DNA from: Auanema rhodensis
Taxonomy: Eukaryota > Animalia > Nematoda
NCBI GenBank assembly: GCA_964057225.1
Contig: OZ059897.1
Coordinates: forward strand, 3,286,001-3,350,000
DNA: 64,000 nucleotides
Reading direction: 5' to 3'
Shown here: positions 10,530-25,100 of the stretch, in pieces
Numbering within the stretch: position 1 is the first letter of the stretch
How the letters are laid out: each line of letters begins with the position of its first letter
Translations under genes and position numbers: made by a program
Notes under the pieces: generated by a model
Told to the model about the DNA's origin: nothing
Databases searched by the model: none
The model's input: only the letters and a program-made list of their open reading frames with translations

Positions 10530-13500
10530 ATAGTGCATTCGATGCGGATTTTTAAGCTGCGTCGATCTGTGTTATCAGATTTGAGTTAGCTTAAAAATGC
10601 ACCGAGATATCAACTGATATATGTTCACACTTATATCCTCGATTTTCACCCTGAAGAAATGATTTTTTCGTTGAATAACATTGTCCATCGTCTTCGTTTT
10701 GAAAAAAGGAATCTAAAAACATCTACTTTTTGTGAAATTATTTAGAAATTTTTCGGGAAAATTTTTGTCAAAATGTTTTTGGAAGCAATGTTGAGTGTAC
10801 ATGGGAACTCAACATACACTAATGCATTATTTTTCAAACGATCATAACTTATTTTTGTATAGAGCGTTTCTCAATGTAGTATAGTGCATTCGATGCGGAT
10901 TTTTAAGCTGCGTCGATCTGTGTTATCCGATTTGAGTTAGCTTAAAAATGCACCGAGATATCAACTGATATATGTTCACACTTATATCCTCGATTTTCAC
11001 CCTGAAGAAATGATTTTTTCGTTGAATAACATTGTCCATCGTCTTCGTCTTGAAAAAAGGAATCTAAAAACATCTACTTTTTGTGAAATTATTTAGAAAT
11101 TTTTCGGGAAAATTTTTGTCAAAATGTTTTTGGAAGCAATGTTGAGTGTACATGGGAACTCAACATACACTAATGCATTATTTTTCAAACGATCATAACT
11201 AATTTTTGTATAGAGCGTTTCTCAATGTAGTATAGTGCATTCGATGCGGATTTTTAAGCTGCGTTGATCTGTGTTATCAGATTTGAGTTAACTTAAAAAT
11301 GCACCGAGATATCAACTGATATAGGTTCACACTTATATCCTCGATTTTCACCCTGAAGAAGTAGTTTTTTCGTTGAAAAACATTGTCCATCGTCTTCGTA
11401 ATGAAAAAAGGAATCTAAAAACATCTACTTTTTAAGAAATTATATAGAAATTTTTCGGGAAAATTTTTGTCAAAATGTTTTTGGAAGCAATGTTGAGTGT
11501 ACATGGGAACTCAACATACACTAATGCATTATTTTTCAAACGATCATAACTTATTTTTGTATAGAGCGTTTCTCAATGTAGTATAGTGCATTCGATGCGG
11601 ATTTTTAAGCTGCGTCGATCTGTGTTATCCGATTTGAGTTAGCTTAAAAATGCACCGAGATATCAACTGATATATGTTCACACTTATATCCTCGATTTTC
11701 ACCCTGAAGAAATGATTTTTTCGTTGAATAACATTGTCCATCGTCTTCGTCTTGAAAAAAGGAATCTAAAAACATCTACTTTTTGTGAAATTATTTAGAA
11801 ATTTTTCGGGAAAATTTTTGTCAAAATGTTTTTGGAAGCAATGTTGAGTGTACATGGGAACTCAACATACACTAATGCATTATTTTTCAAACGATCATAA
11901 CTAATTTTTGTATAGAGCGTTTCTCAATGTAGTATAGTGCATTCGATGCGGATTTTTAAGCTGCGTTGATCTGTGTTATCAGATTTGAGTTAACTTAAAA
12001 ATGCACCGAGATATCAACTGATATAGGTTCACACTTATATCCTCGATTTTCACCCTGAAGAAGTAGTTTTTTCGTTGAAAAACATTGTCCATCGTCTTCG
12101 TCATGAAAAAAGGAATCTAAAACCATCTACTTTTTAAGAAATTATATAGAAATTTTTCGGGAAAATTTTTGTCAAAATGTTTTTGGAAGCAATGTTGAGT
12201 GTACATGGGAACTCAACATACACTAATGCATTATTTTTCAAACGATCATAACTTATTTTTGTATAGAGCGTTTCTCAATGTAGTATAGTGCATTCGATGC
12301 GGATTTTTAAGCTGCGTCGATCTGTGTTATCAGATTTGAGTTAGCTTAAAAATGCACCGAGATATCAACTGATATATGTTCACACTTATATCCTCGATTT
12401 TCACCCTGAAGAAATAGTTTTTTCGTTGAAAAACATTGTCCATCGTCTTTGCCTTGAAAAAAGGAATCTAAAAACATCTACTTTTTGTGAAATTATTTAG
12501 AAATTTTTCGGGAAAATTTTTGTCAAAATGTTTTTGGAAGCAATGTTGAGTGTACATGGGAACTCAACATACACTAATGCATTATTTTTCAAACGATCAT
12601 AACTTATTTTTGTATAGAGCGTTTCTCAATGTAGTATAGTGCATTCGATGCGGATTTTTAAGCTGCGTCGATCTGTGTTATCCGATTTGAGTTAGCTTAA
12701 AAATGCACCGAGATATCAACTGATATATGTTCACACTTATATCCTCGATTTTCACCCTGAAGAAATGATTTTTTCGTTGAATAACATTGTCCATCGTCTT
12801 CGTCTTGAAAAAAGGAATCTAAAAACATCTACTTTTTGTGAAATTATTTAGAAATTTTTCGGGAAAATTTTTGTCAAAATGTTTTTGGAAGCAATGTTGA
12901 GTGTACATGGGAACTCAACATACACTAATGCATTATTTTTCAAACGATCATAACTAATTTTTGTATAGAGCGTTTCTCAATGTAGTATAGTGCATTCGAT
13001 GCGGATTTTTAAGCTGCGTTGATCTGTGTTATCAGATTTGAGTTAACTTAAAAATGCACCGAGATATCAACTGATATAGGTTCACACTTATATCCTCGAT
13101 TTTCACCCTGAAGAAGTAGTTTTTTCGTTGAAAAACATTGTCCATCGTCTTCGTCATGAAAAAAGGAATCTAAAAACATCTACTTTTTAAGAAATTATAT
13201 AGAAATTTTTCGGGAAAATTTTTGTCAAAATGTTTTTGGAAGCAATGTTGAGTGTACATGGGAACTCAACATACACTAATGCATTATTTTTCAAACGATC
13301 ATAACTTATTTTTGTATAGAGCGTTCTCAATGTAGTATAGTGCATTCGATGCGGATTTTTAAGCTGCGTCGATCTGTGTTATCAGATTTGAGTTAGCTTA
13401 AAAATGCACCGAGATATCAACTGATATATGTTCACACTTATATCCTCGATTTTCACCCTGAAGAAATAGTTTTTTCGTTGAAAAACATTGTCCATCGTCT

Positions 13501-16500
13501 TTGCCTTGAAAAAAGGAATCTAAAAACATCTACTTTTTGTGAAATTATTTAGAAATTTTTCGGGAAAATTTTTGTCAAAATGTTTTTGGAAGCAATGTTG
13601 AGTGTACATGGGAACTCAACATACACTAATGCATTATTTTTCAAACGATCATAACTTATTTTTGTATAGAGCGTTTCTCAATGTAGTATAGTGCATTCGA
13701 TGCGGATTTTTAAGCTGCGTCGATCTGTGTTATCCGATTTGAGTTAGCTTAAAAATGCACCGAGATATCAACTGATATATGTTCACACTTATATCCTCGA
13801 TTTTCACCCTGAAGAAATGATTTTTTCGTTGAATAACATTGTCCATCGTCTTCGTCTTGAAAAAAGGAATCTAAAAACATCTACTTTTTGTGAAATTATT
13901 TAGAAATTTTTCGGGAAAATTTTTGTCAAAATGTTTTTGGAAGCAATGTTGAGTGTACATGGGAACTCAACATACACTAATGCATTATTTTTCAAACGAT
14001 CATAACTAATTTTTGTATAGAGCGTTTCTCAATGTAGTATAGTGCATTCGATGCGGATTTTTAAGCTGCGTTGATCTGTGTTATCAGATTTGAGTTAGCT
14101 TAAAAATGCACCGAGATATCAACTGATATATGTTCACACTTATATCCTCGATTTTCACCCTGAAGAAATGATTTTTTCGTTGAATAACATTGTCCATCGT
14201 CTTCGTTTTGAAAAAAGGAATCTAAAAACATCTACTTTTTGTGAAATTATTTAGAAATTTTTCGGGAAAATTTTTGTCAAAATGTTTTTGGAAGCAATGT
14301 TGAGTGTACATGGGAACTCAACATACACTAATGCATTATTTTTCAAACGATCATAACTTATTTTTGTATAGAGCGTTTCTCAATGTAGTATAGTGCATTC
14401 GATGCGGATTTTTAAGCTGCGTCGATCTGTGTTATCCGATTTGAGTTAGCTTAAAAATGCACCGAGATATCAACTGATATATGTTCACACTTATATCCTC
14501 GATTTTCACCCTGAAGAAATGATTTTTTCGTTGAATAACATTGTCCATCGTCTTCGTCTTGAAAAAAGGAATCTAAAAACATCTACTTTTTGTGAAATTA
14601 TTTAGAAATTTTTCGGGAAAATTTTTGTCAAAATGTTTTTGGAAGCAATGTTGAGTGTACATGGGAACTCAACATACACTAATGCATTATTTTTCAAACG
14701 ATCATAACTAATTTTTGTATAGAGCGTTTCTCAATGTAGTATAGTGCATTCGATGCGGATTTTTAAGCTGCGTTGATCTGTGTTATCAGATTTGAGTTAA
14801 CTTAAAAATGCACCGAGATATCAACTGATATAGGTTCACACTTATATCCTCGATTTTCACCCTGAAGAAGTAGTTTTTTCGTTGAAAAACATTGTCCATC
14901 GTCTTCGTAATGAAAAAAGGAATCTAAAAACATCTACTTTTTAAGAAATTATATAGAAATTTTTCGGGAAAATTTTTGTCAAAATGTTTTTGGAAGCAAT
15001 GTTGAGTGTACATGGGAACTCAACATACACTAATGCATTATTTTTCAAACGATCATAACTTATTTTTGTATAGAGCGTTTCTCAATGTAGTATAGTGCAT
15101 TCGATGCGGATTTTTAAGCTGCGTCGATCTGTGTTATCCGATTTGAGTTAGCTTAAAAATGCACCGAGATATCAACTGATATATGTTCACACTTATATCC
15201 TCGATTTTCACCCTGAAGAAATGATTTTTTCGTTGAATAACATTGTCCATCGTCTTCGTCTTGAAAAAAGGAATCTAAAAACATCTACTTTTTGTGAAAT
15301 TATTTAGAAATTTTTCGGGAAAATTTTTGTCAAAATGTTTTTGGAAGCAATGTTGAGTGTACATGGGAACTCAACATACACTAATGCATTATTTTTCAAA
15401 CGATCATAACTAATTTTTGTATAGAGCGTTTCTCAATGTAGTATAGTGCATTCGATGCGGATTTTTAAGCTGCGTTGATCTGTGTTATCAGATTTGAGTT
15501 AACTTAAAAATGCACCGAGATATCAACTGATATAGGTTCACACTTATATCCTCGATTTTCACCCTGAAGAAGTAGTTTTTTCGTTGAAAAACATTGTCCA
15601 TCGTCTTCGTCATGAAAAAAGGAATCTAAAACCATCTACTTTTTAAGAAATTATATAGAAATTTTTCGGGAAAATTTTTGTCAAAATGTTTTTGGAAGCA
15701 ATGTTGAGTGTACATGGGAACTCAACATACACTAATGCATTATTTTTCAAACGATCATAACTTATTTTTGTATAGAGCGTTTCTCAATGTAGTATAGTGC
15801 ATTCGATGCGGATTTTTAAGCTGCGTCGATCTGTGTTATCAGATTTGAGTTAGCTTAAAAATGCACCGAGATATCAACTGATATATGTTCACACTTATAT
15901 CCTCGATTTTCACCCTGAAGAAATAGTTTTTTCGTTGAAAAACATTGTCCATCGTCTTTGCCTTGAAAAAAGGAATCTAAAAACATCTACTTTTTGTGAA
16001 ATTATTTAGAAATTTTTCGGGAAAATTTTTGTCAAAATGTTTTTGGAAGCAATGTTGAGTGTACATGGGAACTCAACATACACTAATGCATTATTTTTCA
16101 AACGATCATAACTTATTTTTGTATAGAGCGTTTCTCAATGTAGTATAGTGCATTCGATGCGGATTTTTAAGCTGCGTCGATCTGTGTTATCCGATTTGAG
16201 TTAGCTTAAAAATGCACCGAGATATCAACTGATATATGTTCACACTTATATCCTCGATTTTCACCCTGAAGAAATGATTTTTTCGTTGAATAACATTGTC
16301 CATCGTCTTCGTCTTGAAAAAAGGAATCTAAAAACATCTACTTTTTGTGAAATTATTTAGAAATTTTTCGGGAAAATTTTTGTCAAAATGTTTTTGGAAG
16401 CAATGTTGAGTGTACATGGGAACTCAACATACACTAATGCATTATTTTTCAAACGATCATAACTAATTTTTGTATAGAGCGTTTCTCAATGTAGTATAGT

Positions 16501-17547
16501 GCATTCGATGCGGATTTTTAAGCTGCGTTGATCTGTGTTATCAGATTTGAGTTAACTTAAAAATGCACCGAGATATCAACTGATATAGGTTCACACTTAT
16601 ATCCTCGATTTTCACCCTGAAGAAGTAGTTTTTTCGTTGAAAAACATTGTCCATCGTCTTCGTCATGAAAAAAGGAATCTAAAAACATCTACTTTTTAAG
16701 AAATTATATAGAAATTTTTCGGGAAAATTTTTGTCAAAATGTTTTTGGAAGCAATGTTGAGTGTACATGGGAACTCAACATACACTAATGCATTATTTTT
16801 CAAACGATCATAACTTATTTTTGTATAGAGCGTTCTCAATGTAGTATAGTGCATTCGATGCGGATTTTTAAGCTGCGTCGATCTGTGTTATCAGATTTGA
16901 GTTAGCTTAAAAATGCACCGAGATATCAACTGATATATGTTCACACTTATATCCTCGATTTTCACCCTGAAGAAATAGTTTTTTCGTTGAAAAACATTGT
17001 CCATCGTCTTTGCCTTGAAAAAAGGAATCTAAAAACATCTACTTTTTGTGAAATTATTTAGAAATTTTTCGGGAAAATTTTTGTCAAAATGTTTTTGGAA
17101 GCAATGTTGAGTGTACATGGGAACTCAACATACACTAATGCATTATTTTTCAAACGATCATAACTTATTTTTGTATAGAGCGTTTCTCAATGTAGTATAG
17201 TGCATTCGATGCGGATTTTTAAGCTGCGTCGATCTGTGTTATCCGATTTGAGTTAGCTTAAAAATGCACCGAGATATCAACTGATATATGTTCACACTTA
17301 TATCCTCGATTTTCACCCTGAAGAAATGATTTTTTCGTTGAATAACATTGTCCATCGTCTTCGTCTTGAAAAAAGGAATCTAAAAACATCTACTTTTTGT
17401 GAAATTATTTAGAAATTTTTCGGGAAAATTTTTGTCAAAATGTTTTTGGAAGCAATGTTGAGTGTACATGGGAACTCAACATACACTAATGCATTATTTT
17501 TCAAACGATCATAACTAATTTTTGTATAGAGCGTTTCTCAATGTAGT
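10530..17547. repeat. Tandem duplication of a 10-monomer block (period 3509 bp)
   Basis: Same type order in both halves. The shared 1-bp deletion GCGTTCTC is at 13324 and 16833, and a chimeric D/B monomer starts at 14039. Confidence 0.85.
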
Positions 17548-20500
17548 ATAGTGCATTCGATGCGGATTTTTAAGCTGCGTTGATCTGTGTTATCAGATTT
17601 GAGTTAACTTAAAAATGCACCGAGATATCAACTGATATAGGTTCACACTTATATCCTCGATTTTCACCCTGAAGAAGTAGTTTTTTCGTTGAAAAACATT
17701 GTCCATCGTCTTCGTCATGAAAAAAGGAATCTAAAAACATCTACTTTTTAAGAAATTATATAGAAATTTTTCGGGAAAATTTTTGTCAAAATGTTTTTGG
17801 AAGCAATGTTGAGTGTACATGGGAACTCAACATACACTAATGCATTATTTTTCAAACGATCATAACTTATTTTTGTATAGAGCGTTTCTCAATGTAGTAT
17901 AGTGCATTCGATGCGGATTTTTAAGCTGCGTCGATCTGTGTTATCAGATTTGAGTTAGCTTAAAAATGCACCGAGATATCAACTGATATATGTTCACACT
18001 TATATCCTCGATTTTCACCCTGAAGAAATAGTTTTTTCGTTGAAAAACATTGTCCATCGTCTTTGCCTTGAAAAAAGGAATCTAAAAACATCTACTTTTT
18101 GTGAAATTATTTAGAAATTTTTCGGGAAAATTTTTGTCAAAATGTTTTTGGAAGCAATGTTGAGTGTACATGGGAACTCAACATACACTAATGCATTATT
18201 TTTCAAACGATCATAACTTATTTTTGTATAGAGCGTTTCTCAATGTAGTATAGTGCATTCGATGCGGATTTTTAAGCTGCGTCGATCTGTGTTATCCGAT
18301 TTGAGTTAGCTTAAAAATGCACCGAGATATCAACTGATATATGTTCACACTTATATCCTCGATTTTCACCCTGAAGAAATGATTTTTTTGTTGAATAACA
18401 TTGTCCATCGTCTTCGTCTTGAAAAAAGGAATCTAAAAACATCTACTTTTTGTGAAATTATTTAGAAATTTTTCGGGAAAATTTTTGTCAAAATGTTTTT
18501 GGAAGCAATGTTGAGTGTACATGGGAACTCAACATACACTAATGCATTATTTTTCAAACGATCATAACTAATTTTTGTATAGAGCGTTTCTCAATGTAGT
18601 ATAGTGCATTCGATGCGGATTTTTAAGCTGCGTTGATCTGTGTTATCAGATTTGAGTTAACTTAAAAATGCACCGAGATATCAACTGATATAGGTTCACA
18701 CTTATATCCTCGATTTTCACCCTGAAGAAGTAGTTTTTTCGTTGAAAAACATTGTCCATCGTCTTCGTCATGAAAAAAGGAATCTAAAAACATCTACTTT
18801 TTAAGAAATTATATAGAAATTTTTCGGGAAAATTTTTGTCAAAATGTTTTTGGAAGCAATGTTGAGTGTACATGGGAACTCAACATACACTAATGCATTA
18901 TTTTTCAAACGATCATAACTTATTTTTGTATAGAGCGTTTCTCAATGTAGTATAGTGCATTCGATGCGGATTTTTAAGCTGCGTCGATCTGTGTTATCAG
19001 ATTTGAGTTAGCTTAAAAATGCACCGAGATATCAACTGATATATGTTCACACTTATATCCTCGATTTTCACCCTGAAGAAATAGTTTTTTCGTTGAAAAA
19101 CATTGTCCATCGTCTTTGCCTTGAAAAAAGGAATCTAAAAACATCTACTTTTTGTGAAATTATTTAGAAATTTTTCGGGAAAATTTTTGTCAAAATGTTT
19201 TTGGAAGCAATGTTGAGTGTACATGGGAACTCAACATACACTAATGCATTATTTTTCAAACGATCATAACTTATTTTTGTATAGAGCGTTTCTCAATGTA
19301 GTATAGTGCATTCGATGCGGATTTTTAAGCTGCGTCGATCTGTGTTATCCGATTTGAGTTAGCTTAAAAATGCACCGAGATATCAACTGATATATGTTCA
19401 CACTTATATCCTCGATTTTCACCCTGAAGAAATGATTTTTTTGTTGAATAACATTGTCCATCGTCTTCGTCTTGAAAAAAAGGAATCTAAAAACATCTAC
19501 TTTTTGTGAAATTATTTAGAAATTTTTCGGGAAAATTTTTGTCAAAATGTTTTTGGAAGCAATGTTGAGTGTACATGGGAACTCAACATACACTAATGCA
19601 TTATTTTTCAAACGATCATAACTAGTTTTTGTATAGAGCGTTTCTCAATGTAGTATAGTGCATTCGATGCGGATTTTTAAGCTGCGTTGATCTGTGTTAT
19701 CAGATTTGAGTTAGCTTAAAAATGCACCGAGATATCAACTGATATATGTTCACACTTATATCCTCGATTTTCACCCTGAAGAAATGATTTTTTCGTTGAA
19801 TAACATTGTCCATCGTCTTCGTCTTGAAAAAAGGAATCTAAAAACATCTACTTTTTGTGAAATTATTTAGAAATTTTTCGGGAAAATTTTTGTCAAAATG
19901 TTTTTGGAAGCAATGTTGAGTGTACATGGGAACTCAACATACACTAATGCATTATTTTTCAAACGATCATAACTAATTTTTGTATAGAGCGTTTCTCAAT
20001 GTAGTATAGTGCATTCGATGCGGATTTTTAAGCTGCGTTGATCTGTGTTATCAGATTTGAGTTAACTTAAAAATGCACCGAGATATCAACTGATATAGGT
20101 TCACACTTATATCCTCGATTTTCACCCTGAAGAAGTAGTTTTTTCGTTGAAAAACATTGTCCATCGTCTTCGTCATGAAAAAAGGAATCTAAAAACATCT
20201 ACTTTTTAAGAAATTATATAGAAATTTTTCGGGAAAATTTTTGTCAAAATGTTTTTGGAAGCAATGTTGAGTGTACATGGGAACTCAACATACACTAATG
20301 CATTATTTTTCAAACGATCATAACTTATTTTTGTATAGAGCGTTTCTCAATGTAGTATAGTGCATTCGATGCGGATTTTTAAGCTGCGTCGATCTGTGTT
20401 ATCAGATTTGAGTTAGCTTAAAAATGCACCGAGATATCAACTGATATATGTTCACACTTATATCCTCGATTTTCACCCTGAAGAAATAGTTTTTTCGTTG

Positions 20501-22112
20501 AAAAACATTGTCCATCGTCTTTGCCTTGAAAAAAGGAATCTAAAAACATCTACTTTTTGTGAAATTATTTAGAAATTTTTCGGGAAAATTTTTGTCAAAA
20601 TGTTTTTGGAAGCAATGTTGAGTGTACATGGGAACTCAACATACACTAATGCATTATTTTTCAAACGATCATAACTTATTTTTGTATAGAGCGTTTCTCA
20701 ATGTAGTATAGTGCATTCGATGCGGATTTTTAAGCTGCGTCGATCTGTGTTATCCGATTTGAGTTAGCTTAAAAATGCACCGAGATATCAACTGATATAT
20801 GTTCACACTTATATCCTCGATTTTCACCCTGAAGAAATGATTTTTTTGTTGAATAACATTGTCCATCGTCTTCGTCTTGAAAAAAGGAATCTAAAAACAT
20901 CTACTTTTTGTGAAATTATTTAGAAATTTTTCGGGAAAATTTTTGTCAAAATGTTTTTGGAAGCAATGTTGAGTGTACATGGGAACTCAACATACACTAA
21001 TGCATTATTTTTCAAACGATCATAACTAATTTTTGTATAGAGCGTTTCTCAATGTAGTATAGTGCATTCGATGCGGATTTTTAAGCTGCGTTGATCTGTG
21101 TTATCAGATTTGAGTTAACTTAAAAATGCACCGAGATATCAACTGATATAGGTTCACACTTATATCCTCGATTTTCACCCTGAAGAAGTAGTTTTTTCGT
21201 TGAAAAACATTGTCCATCGTCTTCGTCATGAAAAAAGGAATCTAAAAACATCTACTTTTTAAGAAATTATATAGAAATTTTTCGGGAAAATTTTTGTCAA
21301 AATGTTTTTGGAAGCAATGTTGAGTGTACATGGGAACTCAACATACACTAATGCATTATTTTTCAAACGATCATAACTTATTTTTGTATAGAGCGTTTCT
21401 CAATGTAGTATAGTGCATTCGATGCGGATTTTTAAGCTGCGTCGATCTGTGTTATCAGATTTGAGTTAGCTTAAAAATGCACCGAGATATCAACTGATAT
21501 ATGTTCACACTTATATCCTCGATTTTCACCCTGAAGAAATAGTTTTTTCGTTGAAAAACATTGTCCATCGTCTTTGCCTTGAAAAAAGGAATCTAAAAAC
21601 ATCTACTTTTTGTGAAATTATTTAGAAATTTTTCGGGAAAATTTTTGTCAAAATGTTTTTGGAAGCAATGTTGAGTGTACATGGGAACTCAACATACACT
21701 AATGCATTATTTTTCAAACGATCATAACTTATTTTTGTATAGAGCGTTTCTCAATGTAGTATAGTGCATTCGATGCGGATTTTTAAGCTGCGTCGATCTG
21801 TGTTATCCGATTTGAGTTAGCTTAAAAATGCACCGAGATATCAACTGATATATGTTCACACTTATATCCTCGATTTTCACCCTGAAGAAATGATTTTTTT
21901 GTTGAATAACATTGTCCATCGTCTTCGTCTTGAAAAAAAGGAATCTAAAAACATCTACTTTTTGTGAAATTATTTAGAAATTTTTCGGGAAAATTTTTGT
22001 CAAAATGTTTTTGGAAGCAATGTTGAGTGTACATGGGAACTCAACATACACTAATGCATTATTTTTCAAACGATCATAACTAGTTTTTGTATAGAGCGTT
22101 TCTCAATGTAGT
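17197..22112. repeat. Tandem duplication of a 7-monomer block (period 2458 bp)
   Basis: Order C D A C' D A C'' occurs twice. Shared A7 run and ACTAG variant (G at 19625 and 22083). A chimeric D/C monomer starts at 19655. Confidence 0.85.
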
Positions 22113-25100
22113 ATAGTGCATTCGATGCGGATTTTTAAGCTGCGTTGATCTGTGTTATCAGATTTGAGTTAACTTAAAAATGCACCGAGATATCAACTGA
22201 TATAGGTTCACACTTATATCCTCGATTTTCACCCTGAAGAAGTAGTTTTTTCGTTGAAAAACATTGTCCATCGTCTTCGTCATGAAAAAAGGAATCTAAA
22301 AACATCTACTTTTTAAGAAATTATATGGAAATTTTTCGGGAAAATTTTTGTCAAAATGTTTTTGGAAGCAATGTTGAGTGTACATGGGAACTCAACATAC
22401 ACTAATGCATTATTTTTCAAACGATCATAACTTATTTTTGTATAGAGCGTTTCTCAATGTAGTATAGTGCATTCGATGCGGATTTTTAAGCTGCGTCGAT
22501 CTGTGTTATCAGATTTGAGTTAGCTTAAAAATGCACCGAGATATCAACTGATATATGTTCACACTTATATCCTCGATTTTCACCCTGAAGAAATGATTTT
22601 TTTGTTGAATAACATTGTCCATCGTCTTCGTCTTGAAAAAAGGAATCTAAAAACATCTACTTTTTGTGAAATTATTTAGAAATTTTTCGGGAAAATTTTT
22701 GTCAAAATGTTTTTGGAAGCAATGTTGAGTGTACATGGGAACTCAACATACACTAATGCATTATTTTTCAAACGATCATAACTAGTTTTTGTATAGAGCG
22801 TTTCTCAATGTAGTATAGTGCATTCGATGCGGATTTTTAAGCTGCGTTGATCTGTGTTATCAGATTTGAGTTAACTTAAAAATGCACCGAGATATCAACT
22901 GATATAGGTTCACACTTATATCCTCGATTTTCACCCTGAAGAAGTAGTTTTTTCGTTGAAAAACATTGTCCATCGTCTTCGTCATGAAAAAAGGAATCTA
23001 AAAACATCTACTTTTTAAGAAATTATATAGAAATTTTTCGGGAAAATTTTTGTCAAAATGTTTTTGGAAGCAATGTTGAGTGTACATGGGAACTCAACAT
23101 ACACTAATGCATTATTTTTCAAACGATCATAACTTATTTTTGTATAGAGCGTTTCTCAATGTAGTATAGTGCATTCGATGCGGATTTTTAAGCTGCGTCG
23201 ATCTGTGTTATCAGATTTGAGTTAGCTTAAAAATGCACCGAGATATCAACTGATATATGTTCACACTTATATCCTCGATTTTCACCCTGAAGAAATGATT
23301 TTTTCGTTGAATAACATTGTCCATCGTCTTCGTCTTAAAAAAAGGAATCTAAAAACATCTACTTTTTGTGAAATTATTTAGAAATTTTTCGGGAAAATTT
23401 TTGTCAAAATGTTTTTGGAAGCAATGTTGAGTGTACATGGGAACTCAACATACACTAATGCATTATTTTTCAAACGATCATAACTAATTTTTGTAAATAG
23501 CGTTTCTCAAGGTAGTATAGTGCATTCGATGCGGATTTTTAAGCTGCGTCGATCTGTGTTATCAGATTTGAGTTAGCTTAAAAATGCACCGAGATATCAA
23601 CTGATATATGTTCACACTTATATCCTCGATTTTCACCCTGAAGAAATAGTTTTTTCGTTGAAAAACATTGTCCATCGTCTTTGCCTTGAAAAAAGGAATC
23701 TAAAAACATCTACTTTTTGTGAAATTATTTAGAAATTTTTCGGGAAAATTTTTGTCAAAATGTTTTTGGAAGCAATGTTGAGTGTACATGGGAACTCAAC
23801 ATACAGTAATGCATTATTTTTCAAACGATCATAACTTATTTTTGTATAGAGCGTTTCTCAATGTAGTATAGTGCATTCGATGCGGATTTTTAAGCTGCGT
23901 CGATCTGTGTTATCAGATTTGAGTTAGCTTAAAAATGCACCGAGATATCAACTGATATATGTTCACACTTATATCCTCGACTTTCACCCTGAAGAAATGA
24001 TTTTTTCGTTGAATAACATTGTCCATCGTCTTCGTCTTGAAAAAAGGAATCTAAAAACATCTACTTTTTGTGAAATTATTTAGAAATTTTTCGGGAAAAT
24101 TTTTGTCAAAATGTTTTTGGAAGCAATGTTGAGTGTACATGGGAACTCAACATACACTAATGCATTATTTTTCAAACGATCATAACTTATTTTTGTATAG
24201 AGCGTTTCTCAATGTAGTATAGTGCATTCGATGCGGATTTTTAAGCTGCGTCGATCTGTGTTATCCGATTTGAGTTAGCTTAAAAATGCACCGAGATATC
24301 AACTGATATATGTTCACACTTATATCCTCGATTTTCACCCTGAAGAAATGATTTTTTCGTTGAATAACATTGTCCATCGTCTTCGTCTTGAAAAAAGGAA
24401 TCTAAAAACATCTACTTTTTGTGAAATTATTTAGAAATTTTTCGGGAAAATTTTTGTCAAAATGTTTTTGGAAGCAATGTTGAGTGTACATGGGAACTCA
24501 ACATACACTAATGCATTATTTTTCAAACGATCATAACTAATTTTTGTATAGAGCGTTTCTCAATGTAGTATAGTGCATTCGATGCGGATTTTTAAGCTGC
24601 GTTGATCTGTGTTATCAGATTTGAGTTAACTTAAAAATGCACCGAGATATCAACTGATATATGTTCACACTTATATCCTCGATTTTCACCCTGAAGAAAT
24701 GATTTTTTCGTTGAATAACATTGTCCATCGTCTTCGTCTTGAAAAAAGGAATCTAAAAACATCTACTTTTTGTGAAATTATTTAGAAATTTTTCGGGAAA
24801 ATTTTTGTCAAAATGTTTTTGGAAGCAATGTTGAGTGTACATGGGAACTCAACATACACTAATGCATTATTTTTCAAACGATCATAACTAATTTTTGTAT
24901 AGAGCGTTTCTCAATGTAGTATAGTGCATTCGATGCGGATTTTTAAGCTGCGTTGATCTGTGTTATCAGATTTGAGTTAACTTAAAAATGCACCGAGATA
25001 TCAACTGATATAGGTTCACACTTATATCCTCGATTTTCACCCTGAAGAAATAGTTTTTTCGTTGAAAAACATTGTCCATCGTCTTTGCCTTGAAAAAAGG

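Larger units (their letters stand above)
1..23165. repeat. Homogeneous domain built from four monomer types A/B/C/D in irregular higher-order runs (ABCD, ACD, CD)
   Basis: A: m130 ATAG, m166 TGCCT. B: ATGA, m147 T, CGTCT. C: as B plus m48 C and m321 A. D: m34 T, m60 A, m93 G, GTAG, m170 A, m203-204 AA, m213 A. Order from base 1: ABCD ABD ABCD ABCD CD ACD ACD ABCD CD ABCD CD ACD and so on. Confidence 0.85.
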
